Shown here: in pieces, positions 28,032-38,302 of the stretch
Numbering within the stretch: the stretch's first letter is position 1
Layout of the letters: the number at the start of each line of letters is the position of its first letter
DNA from: an uncultured delta proteobacterium
Lineage (GTDB): Bacteria; Bdellovibrionota_C; UBA2361; OMII01
DNA: 64,000 nt
Assembly: GCA_903904735.1 (NCBI GenBank)
Contig: CAIVDM010000191.1
Span: forward strand, 1-64,000
Direction: 5' to 3'
Notes under the pieces: model-generated
The model's database searches: none
Told to the model about the DNA's origin: nothing
The model's input: only the letters and a program-made list of their open reading frames with translations
Made by a program: the position numbers and the translations under genes

Positions 28032-29300
28032 ATGACGGAGAGCGCTTCACTTGTGGTGATGAAGTTCGGCGGCACCTCCGTCGGTGATGTCTCACGCGTC
28101 AAGCGCGTCGCCGAAATCGTTGGCGAATATCGCGAATCGAATCCGGGCGTTGGCGTTGTTGTTGTTCTCTCAGCTATGGCTGGAGAGACGAATCGTCTAG
28201 TGGCCCTCGCTAAAGAGTGCGTCGAACGACCGAATCCTCGCGAGCTCGATGTGCTACTCGCGACGGGAGAGCAGGTGACGGTCGCGTTGCTCGCGATGCG
28301 CCTAAACGAAATGGGTATTCCCTCAAAGAGTCTTCTGGCCCCACAGGTCAGGATCGCCACGGATAGTAGACATACAAACGCTCAGATTGAGGAAATTGAG
28401 TGCGCGACGCTGCTGGAGGCGCTGCGAGAGGGTGGAGTGCCTGTCGTGGCTGGCTTCCAGGGGATCGCCGGGAGCGGTGATATTACGACGCTTGGTAGAG
28501 GCGGTTCGGACATTACCGCCGTGGCTCTCGCGGCGGCGCTTAAGGCCGAGACCTGCTTCATTTATACCGATGTGGCGGGTGTTTTCTCTACTGATCCACG
28601 GGTGTGCGGTGAGGCGAAGCTTCTTGAGCGCGTGTCCCACGAGGAGATGCTTGAAATGGCGAGCCTTGGCGCTAAGGTTTTGCACACGCGCTCAGTGTAC
28701 TTCGCGATGCGATATGCCGTTCCGCTTATCGTTCTATCGACATTCGCGGGCCCTTTTGAGCCAGGGCGTAATGGGACTTGGATAGTGAATGAGGAGGAGC
28801 TTATGGAAAAGCCGGTCGTGACGGGAGTTACCCTCAGGCTTGATGAGGCTCAGATAACAATAGAGGCGATGCCGAGTAGCATCGCCACCATGGCGGCCCT
28901 GTTCGACGGGCTATCTGAGCGTGATGTTTATATTGATATGATCTCTCAGGAGAGCGTCGGTGGTGACGCGGTTAATGTCAGCTTGACGGTGCCTGATGAG
29001 CAGAGCGTTACCGCTTTAGAGACGATACGCGCGCTGGTTCCTAGTCTCAGAGCTAATGGAGTTACGGTTGAGCGAGACATAGCGAAAGTGTCCGTGGTGG
29101 GGATAGGGATGCGTTATCACACGGGCGTGGCCGCCCGAGTGTTCCGCTGCCTAGCGAGAGAGAATATCGATGTTCAGATGGTAAATACGTCTGAAATCAA
29201 GCTGTCGGTGCTCGTTGCTCGAAAGTATTGCGATGCCGCCGTGCGCGCGTTGCATGCCGAATTCATCCCTGAAGGAGCGACGGTAAGCGCTAAAGGTTGA
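28032..29300 (+). CDS. lysC: Aspartate kinase
   Basis: 'VVMKFGGTSVGD'. C-terminal tandem ACT domains. The start was moved to the ATG at 28032, just after the tsaE stop; the track ORF begins at 27879. Confidence 0.85.
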   Translation: MTESASLVVMKFGGTSVGDVSRVKRVAEIVGEYRESNPGVGVVVVLSAMAGETNRLVALAKECVERPNPRELDVLLATGEQVTVALLAMRLNEMGIPSKSLLAPQVRIATDSRHTNAQIEEIECATLLEALREGGVPVVAGFQGIAGSGDITTLGRGGSDITAVALAAALKAETCFIYTDVAGVFSTDPRVCGEAKLLERVSHEEMLEMASLGAKVLHTRSVYFAMRYAVPLIVLSTFAGPFEPGRNGTWIVNEEELMEKPVVTGVTLRLDEAQITIEAMPSSIATMAALFDGLSERDVYIDMISQESVGGDAVNVSLTVPDEQSVTALETIRALVPSLRANGVTVERDIAKVSVVGIGMRYHTGVAARVFRCLARENIDVQMVNTSEIKLSVLVARKYCDAAVRALHAEFIPEGATVSAKG

Positions 29301-29340
29301 GAAGATGACGCGGGGAGCGGCGTCGTTAGTCAGTTATTCG

Positions 29341-29967
29341 TTATGAATATTCGGACTCATCAATATAGCTCTTCACCTGTTCGATTGTTTCCTGAAGGTC
29401 TGATGACCATCGAGAGCGATAATTAAGCTCCGCGTCATACTCTCTGCCGATGTCCTCTATCTTTGATATCATTCGGTGCACGAGATCGATAGCGTCACGC
29501 TGCCAGTATGAGACTAGATGTAATTTAACCGCGTCAGGGTCGCGTTGGTAATTAGGCAAGGTGGGGCTTCGTCCACACAAAAATCCTCCAAGTTGAACCG
29601 CCGCGTCAAAATCCTTCTCGCCGAGAAGGTAATTTAACTCGCCACGACATTCCTCGAGGTCGTCGCACATCTTCAAGAGGCGGTTCCATGAATTATCAAC
29701 AAAAACCTCGGGCGCCGCTGAGGAAAATGTCTCCACTAACAGAACATGCTCCACTAGTTGGCCGAGCGTCTCATGAAACTCAGCCGCGTACTCTATGCTC
29801 GCCACCTCGTTTTGACTCAGGCCCCGGAAGGCCGCGATGCTCGAAGCTCGATGAAAAACGTGTTTTACGGCGACTGTGACGGCATAGGCAGCCACCAACG
29901 CGCAAAGAGCGAGGCTAAGGGCAAATGGTGGGGTGCTGGCGAGTTCCTGTACCGTCATACGAGTCAC
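29341..29967 (-). CDS. Hypothetical membrane-anchored protein (208 aa)
   Basis: N-terminal TM 'FALSLALCALVAAYAVTVAV'. The rest is predicted soluble. No known motif. Confidence 0.4.
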   Translation of the reverse strand: MTRMTVQELASTPPFALSLALCALVAAYAVTVAVKHVFHRASSIAAFRGLSQNEVASIEYAAEFHETLGQLVEHVLLVETFSSAAPEVFVDNSWNRLLKMCDDLEECRGELNYLLGEKDFDAAVQLGGFLCGRSPTLPNYQRDPDAVKLHLVSYWQRDAIDLVHRMISKIEDIGREYDAELNYRSRWSSDLQETIEQVKSYIDESEYS

Positions 29968-29989
29968 TTAAGCTCCGCTGATGTATAGC

Positions 29990-31045
29990 CTATCGCCGCT
30001 CGCTTGTCTTGACGCTTTTTCCGTTGGCGAGTCTCCGAATAATAGCTTGCTGTCGACGATATCGACTCGCCTTCATGGCGGGAAACCGCAGGTAGTCGCC
30101 AGGTTCATCGATTGAACAGGTCACGCCGGCGTGCCCCCCGACTCTGCAGCCTGACACGATCGTCAGGTGATCGGCTACACCGGTGCCCCCACCGATAACG
30201 ACTCCTCGATGAATGTGACAGCTTCCCGCGATTCCAACTTGGGCACAGATTATAGAGTGCGAATCGATGCGAACGTTGTGACCGACCTGCACTTGATTAT
30301 CGATCTTCACATGAGAGCCAATGACCGTCGCCCCCACGGTTCCACGGTCGATGGACGTGCAGGCCCCAATCTCAACATGGTCGCCTATCTCGACGTTGCC
30401 GACCTGGGGCACCTTGCTAATTCCAGTTTTAGGGTCAGATAAGTATCCAAATCCATCGGCGCCGATCACCACGTTGTTGTGGATAACGCAGTGAGAGCCG
30501 ATCTGGGATCCCTCGCGAATAGCGCAACCGCTGTGAACGCGCGTGTTCGCGCCGATGGACACTCCGGGGTAAATCACGACATTTGCGTCCAGCCGTACGT
30601 GATCACCGAGTGAACTAGACTCGCTGATGACACATCCTGGGCCAATTGACACTCCAACACCGAGAGAGACTGATTGATGGATAGTGGCGGAGGGATGGAT
30701 TCCCTGTTGTGAGATATATGGGGAGTAAAAATCCGGTATAAGGGAGATAACAGCGCGCTGAGGTTCCGCCACCCCAATGACAGTGCATTTCAACGAAGTC
30801 GTATCTAATCCGATCATCTTCGAGTCAATGAACGCGACCATTGTTGGCTGCTTCGCAAGCTTGCGAAGCAGGGAGGCTGTCGATTGGGCGCGGGCGAATG
30901 TGATTCCCTCCTGTATTGGCGTCTCAAGCGGACAGAGGCATGACACGGTAAGTGTTGAATCGCCACGAAGAGTGCCACCTACCTTGGCGGCGATGTCAGC
31001 GGCGAAGACAGTGTTAAGTCTAGGCTTCATTGGTGTGATCTCCAA
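29990..31045 (-). CDS. lpxD: UDP-3-O-(3-hydroxyacyl)glucosamine N-acyltransferase
   Basis: About 350 aa, N-terminal LpxD domain followed by many hexapeptide (left-handed beta-helix) repeats ('[50 protein letters not shown]'). Confidence 0.85.
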   Translation of the reverse strand: MEITPMKPRLNTVFAADIAAKVGGTLRGDSTLTVSCLCPLETPIQEGITFARAQSTASLLRKLAKQPTMVAFIDSKMIGLDTTSLKCTVIGVAEPQRAVISLIPDFYSPYISQQGIHPSATIHQSVSLGVGVSIGPGCVISESSSLGDHVRLDANVVIYPGVSIGANTRVHSGCAIREGSQIGSHCVIHNNVVIGADGFGYLSDPKTGISKVPQVGNVEIGDHVEIGACTSIDRGTVGATVIGSHVKIDNQVQVGHNVRIDSHSIICAQVGIAGSCHIHRGVVIGGGTGVADHLTIVSGCRVGGHAGVTCSIDEPGDYLRFPAMKASRYRRQQAIIRRLANGKSVKTSERR

Positions 31046-31310
31046 GCTCCGTCAGGTCTCAAAGAATGGGAGGACTATAAATAAGTGAAACATAATTGGG
31101 CTTTTTGCGTCATCGATCGACGCGGTGCTGGTCATGCTATAGGTCGGTGAGACGCAAGAGAATGTTACGACGACGCCTTCTGTTCTTAGGTGGGCAGACG
31201 GGGGCTTGTCGACGCTTTATCCGGCGCACCGTCGACACTTTGGAGATAGATCGCTGTGAGTGGAGAAGTGACGTGCCGGAGGCAACAGAATGTTGTCTGA
31301 TATGCCCATA

Positions 31311-31344
31311 AAAAATGGCACCCTCATGTCTCCATGAGAGTGCC
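31311..31344 (-). terminator. Rho-independent terminator-like hairpin on the minus strand
   Basis: - strand: 'ggcactctcatg gaga catgagggtgcc' followed by 'tttttt' (+ strand aaaaaa at 31311-31316 followed by 'ggcaccctcatg tctc catgagagtgcc'). Confidence 0.55.
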
Positions 31345-31598
31345 CCTGTTTCAGGTCGGCATCTCCACAATTCACGGTCAAAGGGGAAGCTAAGTACATG
31401 GGGAGGGATTTTTGACCGTGCTCTCCTTCGATGTCTTCCTTTTTTAATGGTACGGGTCACCGAGCGGGAGTGTCAAACAAACAATCAATGGTGGGAATCA
31501 GCACTCATCGTGCGAATAACTCGCAACGACTGAGATAACCAGTTCAGTCTACAGGAGTTCCGTTGGCGGTGGTTGTTGACGATCGAATCGCCGACACC

Positions 31599-32531
31599 TC
31601 ATGAAATTTTCGCTTTATTGAGAAGTTCCGCAGTCTCTTGGTATGAGCTCATGGGTAAGTGCCAGGTCCAGGTGGAGTGCAGCTCTCGAATCGCGTCTAC
31701 TTGGCTATAGAGGGATTGTAGGTGCAGTGGGAGTGTGGAGCTAGAACTCTCGGGCGGCACGAGTTCGGCGAAGCGTTTCGCTGACTCGGACCGAGAGGGA
31801 GTTCGACGACCGTGAGTCAGTGAGTAGATCCAATCGCTGGCCGCCCGCCAGTCTTTTACGACCGGATCGTTTGAAGCGTCGGCGTAGTTGAGGTTTCCCA
31901 CCGCCATTACCGCGGCCGAAGAGAGGTCGAGACCAAATCCGAGTCTCTGAAGTGTGAGTGACGCTACCTGGCATGGCTCACATTCAAATCTGCCGAGAAA
32001 CTCATTATTGGTCGCGCCATCCCTGAGAAACGTTCGAACCTCAGTAAGGTCCTTAACGCCAAGACTGAGCAAAAGTGAGGAGCCGAGCGCTTGAGCAAAA
32101 CCGATCAGTAGACCTGAATCGGGGCCAAGCGCGGTGGCGTTCACGCCGAAATGATATCCGATCTCAATCGAGTTCATCATGTGGCGAGTGATCGGCATCC
32201 AGATTCGCTCTGAGGAAGTCCTCGTAATCAGTTCCTGTGATATAAAGTGAATAGCGGCGACCGCTGAAGCGGTCCGGAATCCGAGAGCCGTGATAGCCGC
32301 TTCTAGCTCCGCTACCTCGGGTTCGATCAATTGCGCCGCCCGGATAACGCACGCTTGATCGATGCGAGACATATTGAAAGAGGTGATGAAGTCTTTCATC
32401 GTGATGGTGCCACCCCAGCTCAGCCGAACAAGGCGAGAGAGCGCCGACGGTGGAGACACTATCGTCCGTACCACTTGAACCGCGGTGTCCCAACTAGAAT
32501 CAACCTGATCGACGAAATCCATAGCGCGCAC
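31599..32531 (-). CDS. Possible HDOD-domain signalling protein
   Basis: Loose similarity to the HDOD pattern ('IDQACVIRAAQLIEPEVAELEAAITALGF', 'GLLIGFAQALGSSLLLSLG'). Assignment is tentative. Confidence 0.35.
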   Translation of the reverse strand: MRAMDFVDQVDSSWDTAVQVVRTIVSPPSALSRLVRLSWGGTITMKDFITSFNMSRIDQACVIRAAQLIEPEVAELEAAITALGFRTASAVAAIHFISQELITRTSSERIWMPITRHMMNSIEIGYHFGVNATALGPDSGLLIGFAQALGSSLLLSLGVKDLTEVRTFLRDGATNNEFLGRFECEPCQVASLTLQRLGFGLDLSSAAVMAVGNLNYADASNDPVVKDWRAASDWIYSLTHGRRTPSRSESAKRFAELVPPESSSSTLPLHLQSLYSQVDAIRELHSTWTWHLPMSSYQETAELLNKAKIS

Positions 32532-32722
32532 ACATCATGGCGGCTCTTCATAGCCCTACACGACCACCTCTGGGAGAAACGGCTAGTGATTCAATAAGCT
32601 TTAGTCCATTAATATGGACACCTAGCTAACCAAGGCGCCTGCGGGAAAGGCCAAAGCCACGAGATGACGTTGCGTCGTAACTCCCTGGTGTCAGGTGACT
32701 ACTATCGATTCCTCTATGCGGC

Positions 32723-33517
32723 TTAGAGACCGCTTTTAAGGGCAGATTGATCCGCGCGCTCGCTCACAGCGGGCCTTTCGGGTACTCGACCACAAGCTAG
32801 ATACGCCACGCCAATACTTATCCCATAAAGCAAGAGTAGCGGGCCAGCCATGAGAAGCTGGGTGAGCACATCCGGGGGCGTGAGCGCCGCTGATACGATG
32901 AAGATAGCCACGACAGCGTGCCTAAACCAACGCACCATTGACCGGTGGTCAAGAATGCCAGCTCGCGCGAGGAAGAATGTTAGCAGTGGGAGCTCAAATA
33001 CCGCGCCAAATCCCAGCATCGTCGTAATCATGAGAGAGAGATGATCGCCTACTTTGACCGTTGGCGTGATGCCGATAGATTTAAATTCTCCATAAAAAAA
33101 AGATAAAGTGAGTGGGAGAATTTGATAGTAACAAAACATCGCGCCGCCTGAGAAAAGTGCGGTGCTCAACACCACAAATGGCAACACTAGTTTGCGCTCA
33201 CTAGCGTATAATCCTGGAGCGACAAATCGCCATACTTGATGAAAAAGTATCGGGGACGTAATCATCGCCCCACAGAACAAGGCTACTTTGATTTTCAAAA
33301 CCCATGCCTCAGCTGGTCCCGTTCCAATGAGAGGACTGTTGTGAAACGCTTTGCTGTAGGGATCGCAGAGCGCGAAGAAGACCTCCGCCGAATAACAGTA
33401 TGATATCACCCCGCCCAACGAAATGGCGATCGCGCAGTAGAACAGCCGCTTCCGAAGCTCTCTGAGGTGCTCCAGCAGGCCCATCTGAAATTCGGCAGGG
33501 TCATGTGTAGAGGTCAT
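32723..33517 (-). CDS. tatC: Twin-arginine translocase subunit TatC
   Basis: 'GLLEHLRELRKRLFYCAIAISLGGV' N-terminus typical of TatC; six TM helices. Confidence 0.9.
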   Translation of the reverse strand: MTSTHDPAEFQMGLLEHLRELRKRLFYCAIAISLGGVISYCYSAEVFFALCDPYSKAFHNSPLIGTGPAEAWVLKIKVALFCGAMITSPILFHQVWRFVAPGLYASERKLVLPFVVLSTALFSGGAMFCYYQILPLTLSFFYGEFKSIGITPTVKVGDHLSLMITTMLGFGAVFELPLLTFFLARAGILDHRSMVRWFRHAVVAIFIVSAALTPPDVLTQLLMAGPLLLLYGISIGVAYLACGRVPERPAVSERADQSALKSGL

Positions 33518-33882
33518 ACTTTCTTCAAACTCTCGCTGGTACCGCCGTCGCCGTTCGATTCACCGGTCGAAATCTCCGCGGTTGGAGGTTGTTCGTCCGC
33601 GGCGTTGGGGCGACTAGAGACTCCCCGCGCTCCATCCGGCGGAGCCATGATTTCCGCCTTGAGGGAACGAAGCGCCTCGGCGGGAGCGAGAACCTCTCGA
33701 CGAATCTCATCTGCCGGCTGGTAGACTGTATTGTAAAACTCCCTACGGACAGCATTCGTGGCTTTTCGGGCTTCGGCGGCGAACTTGCCAAGCTGTCGGG
33801 CGATCTCGGGTAGTTTGTCCGGTCCGAACAAAAGTAGGATAACGACCAGAATTACTAAGAGTTCAGAGAAGTTGATGTTCAC
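33514..33882 (-). CDS. tatB: Twin-arginine translocase TatA/TatB-family protein
   Basis: 'MNINFSELLVILVVILLLFGPDKLPEIARQLGKF'; 122 aa (TatB-like length); 4-nt overlap with tatC. Confidence 0.85.
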   Translation of the reverse strand: MNINFSELLVILVVILLLFGPDKLPEIARQLGKFAAEARKATNAVRREFYNTVYQPADEIRREVLAPAEALRSLKAEIMAPPDGARGVSSRPNAADEQPPTAEISTGESNGDGGTSESLKKV

Positions 33883-33951
33883 AGTCGATCCTAAGGGGGG
33901 CCTTCAGGCCGCACTTGCGAATAATGACCGGACTAGGTGGAGATGGCAAGT

Positions 33952-34704
33952 TCAAGACGATTTCCCGCTCTGTTCTCTCTCTTGCGACTCGAGCCCCGTC
34001 TCGATAACAGCTAACAACTGGTATGCGAATAATCCCCGAAAAGTACGCGCTAGCCCAAGTCGTATTGGGATGAGAGCTCGATACAGTACGCTTCGACCGA
34101 GCCAACTTGGGAGTGCCAGCTCGAAGGGCTCAATACTGGCGGATTCGGACACCACGCGACAGCCCGGTAACGAGGAGCATAGTCTCCGAAAACTGCGTTG
34201 ATAGAAGAAGTGGAGGTGCGTCTTGTCCATAATACCAAGCGGCTTGTACTCAAAGCTACCCCAAAAAAAGAGCGGAACACGCACGCTCCAGTGCGCGACA
34301 TTAGGGACAGATATCAAAAGTTTTCCACCGGGGGCCAACAACTTCCGAATTTCGCTGAGGAATACCTCGGGAGATGGCGTGTGCTCTAAGACATCCATTG
34401 CAAGGATCCAGTCAAAGCGCGTTTCCGAAAGGGCGATTAGATTCGGATGCACTGAGTCGTAGATCCTCCGGAGGGTCTCATGGGCCCGAGTATCCGGCTC
34501 GACGGCGACCAGGGCGGCTGGTGCCTCGTCTCGAACACATTTTCCCAAGCCCCCACCACCAGCGCCTACATCCAGTACCCGACTGGTTCCTAGTTTACCC
34601 CTCATCTGTGCAAGCGCCCAATGATGGCTCGAGCCCTTGAGGGGCTTAAAGCGGTATTTCTCGTGGACCGGGGTCTGAATAGTTGGCTCACTCTTCTTTA
34701 ACAT
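33952..34704 (-). CDS. Class I SAM-dependent methyltransferase
   Basis: Motif I 'RVLDVGAGGGGLGKCV'; motif post-I 'VAVEPD'; 'GKLLISVPN'. Confidence 0.7.
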   Translation of the reverse strand: MLKKSEPTIQTPVHEKYRFKPLKGSSHHWALAQMRGKLGTSRVLDVGAGGGGLGKCVRDEAPAALVAVEPDTRAHETLRRIYDSVHPNLIALSETRFDWILAMDVLEHTPSPEVFLSEIRKLLAPGGKLLISVPNVAHWSVRVPLFFWGSFEYKPLGIMDKTHLHFFYQRSFRRLCSSLPGCRVVSESASIEPFELALPSWLGRSVLYRALIPIRLGLARTFRGLFAYQLLAVIETGLESQEREQSGKSS

Positions 34705-34930
34705 TCTGGCGTAAACCTTCGAAATCGCTCACCACTGCTCGGGTGTAGGAGCGGAGGCGGGAGGTTGCTCCTTACGGTTTCATGCGGCGGCAGAGTATGG
34801 TACCTCTCTGAAGGCGTAATCCGCACCCTGAACGTAATGATATCCCCCAAACGAGATTGATTTCACAGCGGTTCTTGTATTGAGGCAAGAGGGGTTATGG
34901 GTTTGAGGCACGAGGCATAGAGGTCGAAGC

Positions 34931-36370
34931 ATGTACAATCCCCGTCTGCACTTTCATTTCATCGGTATCGGTGGTTCTGGTATGTCGGGACTAGCGGAAA
35001 TTTTACTCACCTCCGGCTTTCAGGTGTCTGGCTCTGATGTCCGAACTAGCGAGATCTGTGCCCGTCTCGAGTCGCTTGGCGCGAAGATATACATCGGGCA
35101 CGCGGCGAGTAATGTGCCAGCGTCGGCGTCTCTTGTCGTGTACTCATCCGCGATTTTGACGACGAACCCGGAGGTGCGTGAGGCGAAGCGCAGAAAGCTC
35201 CCGATTGTGCGAAGAGCGGAGGTGCTCGCTGAGCTGATGCGATTGAAGTTCGGAGTAGGAGTGGCGGGTTCGCACGGAAAGACCACTACCACGAGCATGA
35301 CAGCCACTATCCTGGACGCGGGTGGACTTGACCCTACGGTCGTAATCGGTGGGCAAGTCAAAACGCTTGGAACAGGTGGCCGTCTCGGGCAAGGGGAATA
35401 TCTTGTCGCGGAAACGGACGAAAGCGATCGAAGCTTTCTGCTCATGAAGCCCACGGTGGCGATCGTGACGAATATCGATGATGAACACATGAACGCGTAT
35501 CGCTCGCGCAAGGACTTGGAGGATTCGTTCCGGAAATTCGTTGATTCCGTGCCTTTTTATGGTTTGGCGATCTTGTGCGTTGACGATCCTGTGGTGCGTC
35601 AGATCGCTAAGGAGTGTAAGCGTCGAGTTCTGACGTATGGGTTCTCGGCTGACGCCGAGGTTTCCGCTGTTGATATTCAGCCGAGTCGCGCGGGGATGGA
35701 GTTCGGAGTTGTTTACCGAGGCGCTCACCTAGGAACCTTTCGACTTCCGATGTTTGGGCGACATCTGGTTCAGAATTGCTTAGCGGCGATCGGCGTTGGG
35801 TTGGAGTTCGGACTTTCGATAGAGACGATTCGTCAAGCGCTCGCGTCTTTTGGAGGGGTCAAGAGACGTCTAGAGGTTATCGGAACGGCTAACTCTATCA
35901 CCGTGATGAACGACTACGGGCACCATCCAACGGAGATTCGAGCCACACTGAGAGCGATTCGAGAGTGCTTCGCGGATTCTATCAATCGATTAATAGTGGT
36001 GTTTCAGCCGCATCGCTATACGCGTACGCAGATGTGTTGGAGCGAGTATCTCGCGGCGTTCACCGAAGCTGACCACGTTGTCATGACACAGGTATACTCG
36101 GCGAGCGAGGAGCCTATCGTGGGGGTGTCGGGTGAGGCATTGGTGGCCGAGCTTCATCATTCCAGTAAAGAGTTTTGCGCGGACATTGAACGCGTAGCTG
36201 AAGTTTTGCCTGAGAAGCTTCAACCCAAGGATCTCGTGTTGTGTTTGGGCGCTGGTTCGGTGGGCTCTCTCCCGGAGAAGCTTTTAGCGAGCTTAGCGGG
36301 GTCGAATTTCAGCGCGGATTCGTCGCGCAATGATGATGTGCCAGTCTTAAGGATTGTAGGTGGGAAATAG
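34931..36370 (+). CDS. murC: UDP-N-acetylmuramate--L-alanine ligase
   Basis: 'HFIGIGGSGMSGLAEIL', 'GVAGSHGKTTTTSM', Mur ligase central and C-terminal domains. Confidence 0.9.
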   Translation: MYNPRLHFHFIGIGGSGMSGLAEILLTSGFQVSGSDVRTSEICARLESLGAKIYIGHAASNVPASASLVVYSSAILTTNPEVREAKRRKLPIVRRAEVLAELMRLKFGVGVAGSHGKTTTTSMTATILDAGGLDPTVVIGGQVKTLGTGGRLGQGEYLVAETDESDRSFLLMKPTVAIVTNIDDEHMNAYRSRKDLEDSFRKFVDSVPFYGLAILCVDDPVVRQIAKECKRRVLTYGFSADAEVSAVDIQPSRAGMEFGVVYRGAHLGTFRLPMFGRHLVQNCLAAIGVGLEFGLSIETIRQALASFGGVKRRLEVIGTANSITVMNDYGHHPTEIRATLRAIRECFADSINRLIVVFQPHRYTRTQMCWSEYLAAFTEADHVVMTQVYSASEEPIVGVSGEALVAELHHSSKEFCADIERVAEVLPEKLQPKDLVLCLGAGSVGSLPEKLLASLAGSNFSADSSRNDDVPVLRIVGGK

Positions 36371-37295
36371 CGTTTCCTCCGGAGAGTTCGAGAATGCAGG
36401 ACTACTTGCCGCGGTCCGAGCACTCGGAGGTGATCACGTTCGTTGTGGGGTTGATGCCTCCACGCTTACGACCTTCGCGATCGGAGGACCACTCCAATTC
36501 GTAGTTACCGTGGAGAGCCTCTGGGAGCTGCAGGCTGTGCAAAAATTGCTGGCCACAGAGAAACAGCAGACGCGCGTGCTTGGATTTGGCAGCAACGTGC
36601 TCGTGGCGGACCAAGGGATTCGCGGATGGGTCGTGCGCCTGGGACAATCGTTTAGGTCTGTGGAACGTCTGGAAGGCGATCGTTTCATAATCGGCGGCGG
36701 CGCCTCTCTTATGTCGGTAGCGCGTAAGATTTCAGGTGACGGTTTTTCGGGACTGGAGTTCGCGGCTGGCATTCCAGCGTCTTTAGGTGGAGCCGTGTTT
36801 ATGAACGCCGGCGCTCATGGCGCTGAGATCGCCGAGCGTCTTGAACGAGTAAGCGTCGTGATGTCAGACGGCTCATTTCGGGTGTTTGAGCGTGATGAAC
36901 TTCCCTGGAAGTATCGACACTCCGGGCTACCTCGAGAGGCGACGGTGATCTCGGCGGAGCTTACACTGCCATCTGGCGATAAAGAGCGTATCGCGCGAGC
37001 CTGTAGTGACAATCTGGCGCATCGCAAGAATACCCAACCCCTGTCGTTACCCTCCGCTGGTTCAGTCTTCAAGAATCCATCGCCCGAGCTTTCCGCTGGA
37101 AAATTGCTCGAGGATGCCGGATTAAAAGGGGTGTCGGTGGGTGGCGCGATGATCTCCTCTTTGCACGCCAATTGGATAGTTAATCCTGATCGACGGGCGT
37201 CCGCCTCTGATGTGCTAGCGTTGATATCGCTATGCCAGGAGCGGGTTAGCGAGCGCTCGGGAATTGACCTCGAGCCGGAGGTGCGGCTTTGGTAG
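36360..37295 (+). CDS. murB: UDP-N-acetylenolpyruvoylglucosamine reductase
   Basis: FAD-binding 'GGGASLMSVARKISGDGFSGLEFAAGIPASLGGAVFMNAGAHG'. C-terminal MurB domain. GTG start overlapping the murC stop. Confidence 0.85.
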   Translation: MGNSVSSGEFENAGLLAAVRALGGDHVRCGVDASTLTTFAIGGPLQFVVTVESLWELQAVQKLLATEKQQTRVLGFGSNVLVADQGIRGWVVRLGQSFRSVERLEGDRFIIGGGASLMSVARKISGDGFSGLEFAAGIPASLGGAVFMNAGAHGAEIAERLERVSVVMSDGSFRVFERDELPWKYRHSGLPREATVISAELTLPSGDKERIARACSDNLAHRKNTQPLSLPSAGSVFKNPSPELSAGKLLEDAGLKGVSVGGAMISSLHANWIVNPDRRASASDVLALISLCQERVSERSGIDLEPEVRLW

Positions 37296-37422
37296 GTAGA
37301 TAGTCGTTCGGCGGCTTTCTTTCATCTGTCGTTCGTTTTCCTATCGGCTTACAGAGTCAGACTCAGTATAGTGGCCCTCAGAGCAGTTTGGCATTAATTT
37401 CCTGAGATCGATTTGTGTCTGT

Positions 37423-38217
37423 ATGAGAGTTCCTTTTACCCTCTTGATTACCGCTAGTGTCGTGACGTTGCATGTGCTCGATAATCCGCATGGCGTACGC
37501 GACTGGATGACACAAGCGAGAGTAAAGGCCGATAAGGTCTGGAACGAGAAAGAAGTCCGCGTTGAGGGATTGCGGACGTTGCCAAGGACTGAGATCGAAC
37601 GACTGCTTCCGCTTGATCGTTCCGTGGCGTGGTGGAAGATGCAGACCACGTCAATCCAGGGGAAGATCGCGCAGAATCCCTGGATAGGTGAAGTTGAAGT
37701 TGGGTCCTGCGAAGGCGGAGTAAGGGAGGCGTGGGGATGTTTTCTCATTTCAATTAAGGAGCGTCAGCCGACTTTTTTGGCGCTCGTTGATAATGCCCCT
37801 TGGGTCATCGATAGAGGTGGATCTTTCATCGTTCCATACTCCGAGAATCTCTCGGCGCAACTAAAAGTGCCTCTTGTTAAGGTGGCTGGTCTGGCGTCTC
37901 GGCACAGTTCTCCTGATGTAGTCCGCGTCCAGTTGAGCGCGGCTGCGAATCTCTTGGATACCATTGAGAAAGAGGTACGCCGCCAAGTGCGAGGGGTCGA
38001 GTTTTTGAGTCACGGTGATCTTTCCGTCGCCTTTACTGATGTCCCTTTTCCGGTCGTATTCGCGGCCGGCGTTGATTCGGCCGTTCCGCTCGCGGAGCAG
38101 GGGAAGCGCTGCGCTGAATTACTCAAGAGGCTTCATGATAGGTTTGCCGATATCGCAAAGGTCGATCTTGCGTTCGACCGCGTTGGTGTCGTGAAATTTA
38201 AGACCCCAGCAGAATAA
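37423..38217 (+). CDS. ftsQ: Cell division protein FtsQ/DivIB (POTRA domain)
   Basis: N-terminal TM 'LLITASVVTLHVL'. POTRA-like region. Position between murB and ftsA. Confidence 0.6.
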   Translation: MRVPFTLLITASVVTLHVLDNPHGVRDWMTQARVKADKVWNEKEVRVEGLRTLPRTEIERLLPLDRSVAWWKMQTTSIQGKIAQNPWIGEVEVGSCEGGVREAWGCFLISIKERQPTFLALVDNAPWVIDRGGSFIVPYSENLSAQLKVPLVKVAGLASRHSSPDVVRVQLSAAANLLDTIEKEVRRQVRGVEFLSHGDLSVAFTDVPFPVVFAAGVDSAVPLAEQGKRCAELLKRLHDRFADIAKVDLAFDRVGVVKFKTPAE

Positions 38218-38302
38218 CTTTAGGCGACTTAAAACACTCTTGCGGGAACCTCAAACTCTGTTTAACCTAACACCAGGTTGATTTGTTTTCCTGAGTATTC
38301 CC

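Noticed and set aside
31137-31460. 107-aa minus-strand ORF (Arg-rich) and overlapping 60-72-aa ORFs in the lpxD upstream region
   Set aside because: Extreme Arg/Pro content typical of out-of-frame GC-rich sequence. The ORF spans the strong terminator hairpin, and there is no RBS.
35020-35728. 163- and 194-aa minus-strand ORFs inside murC
   Set aside because: Antisense to a confidently identified murC; Arg/Ser-rich translation; no independent signals.
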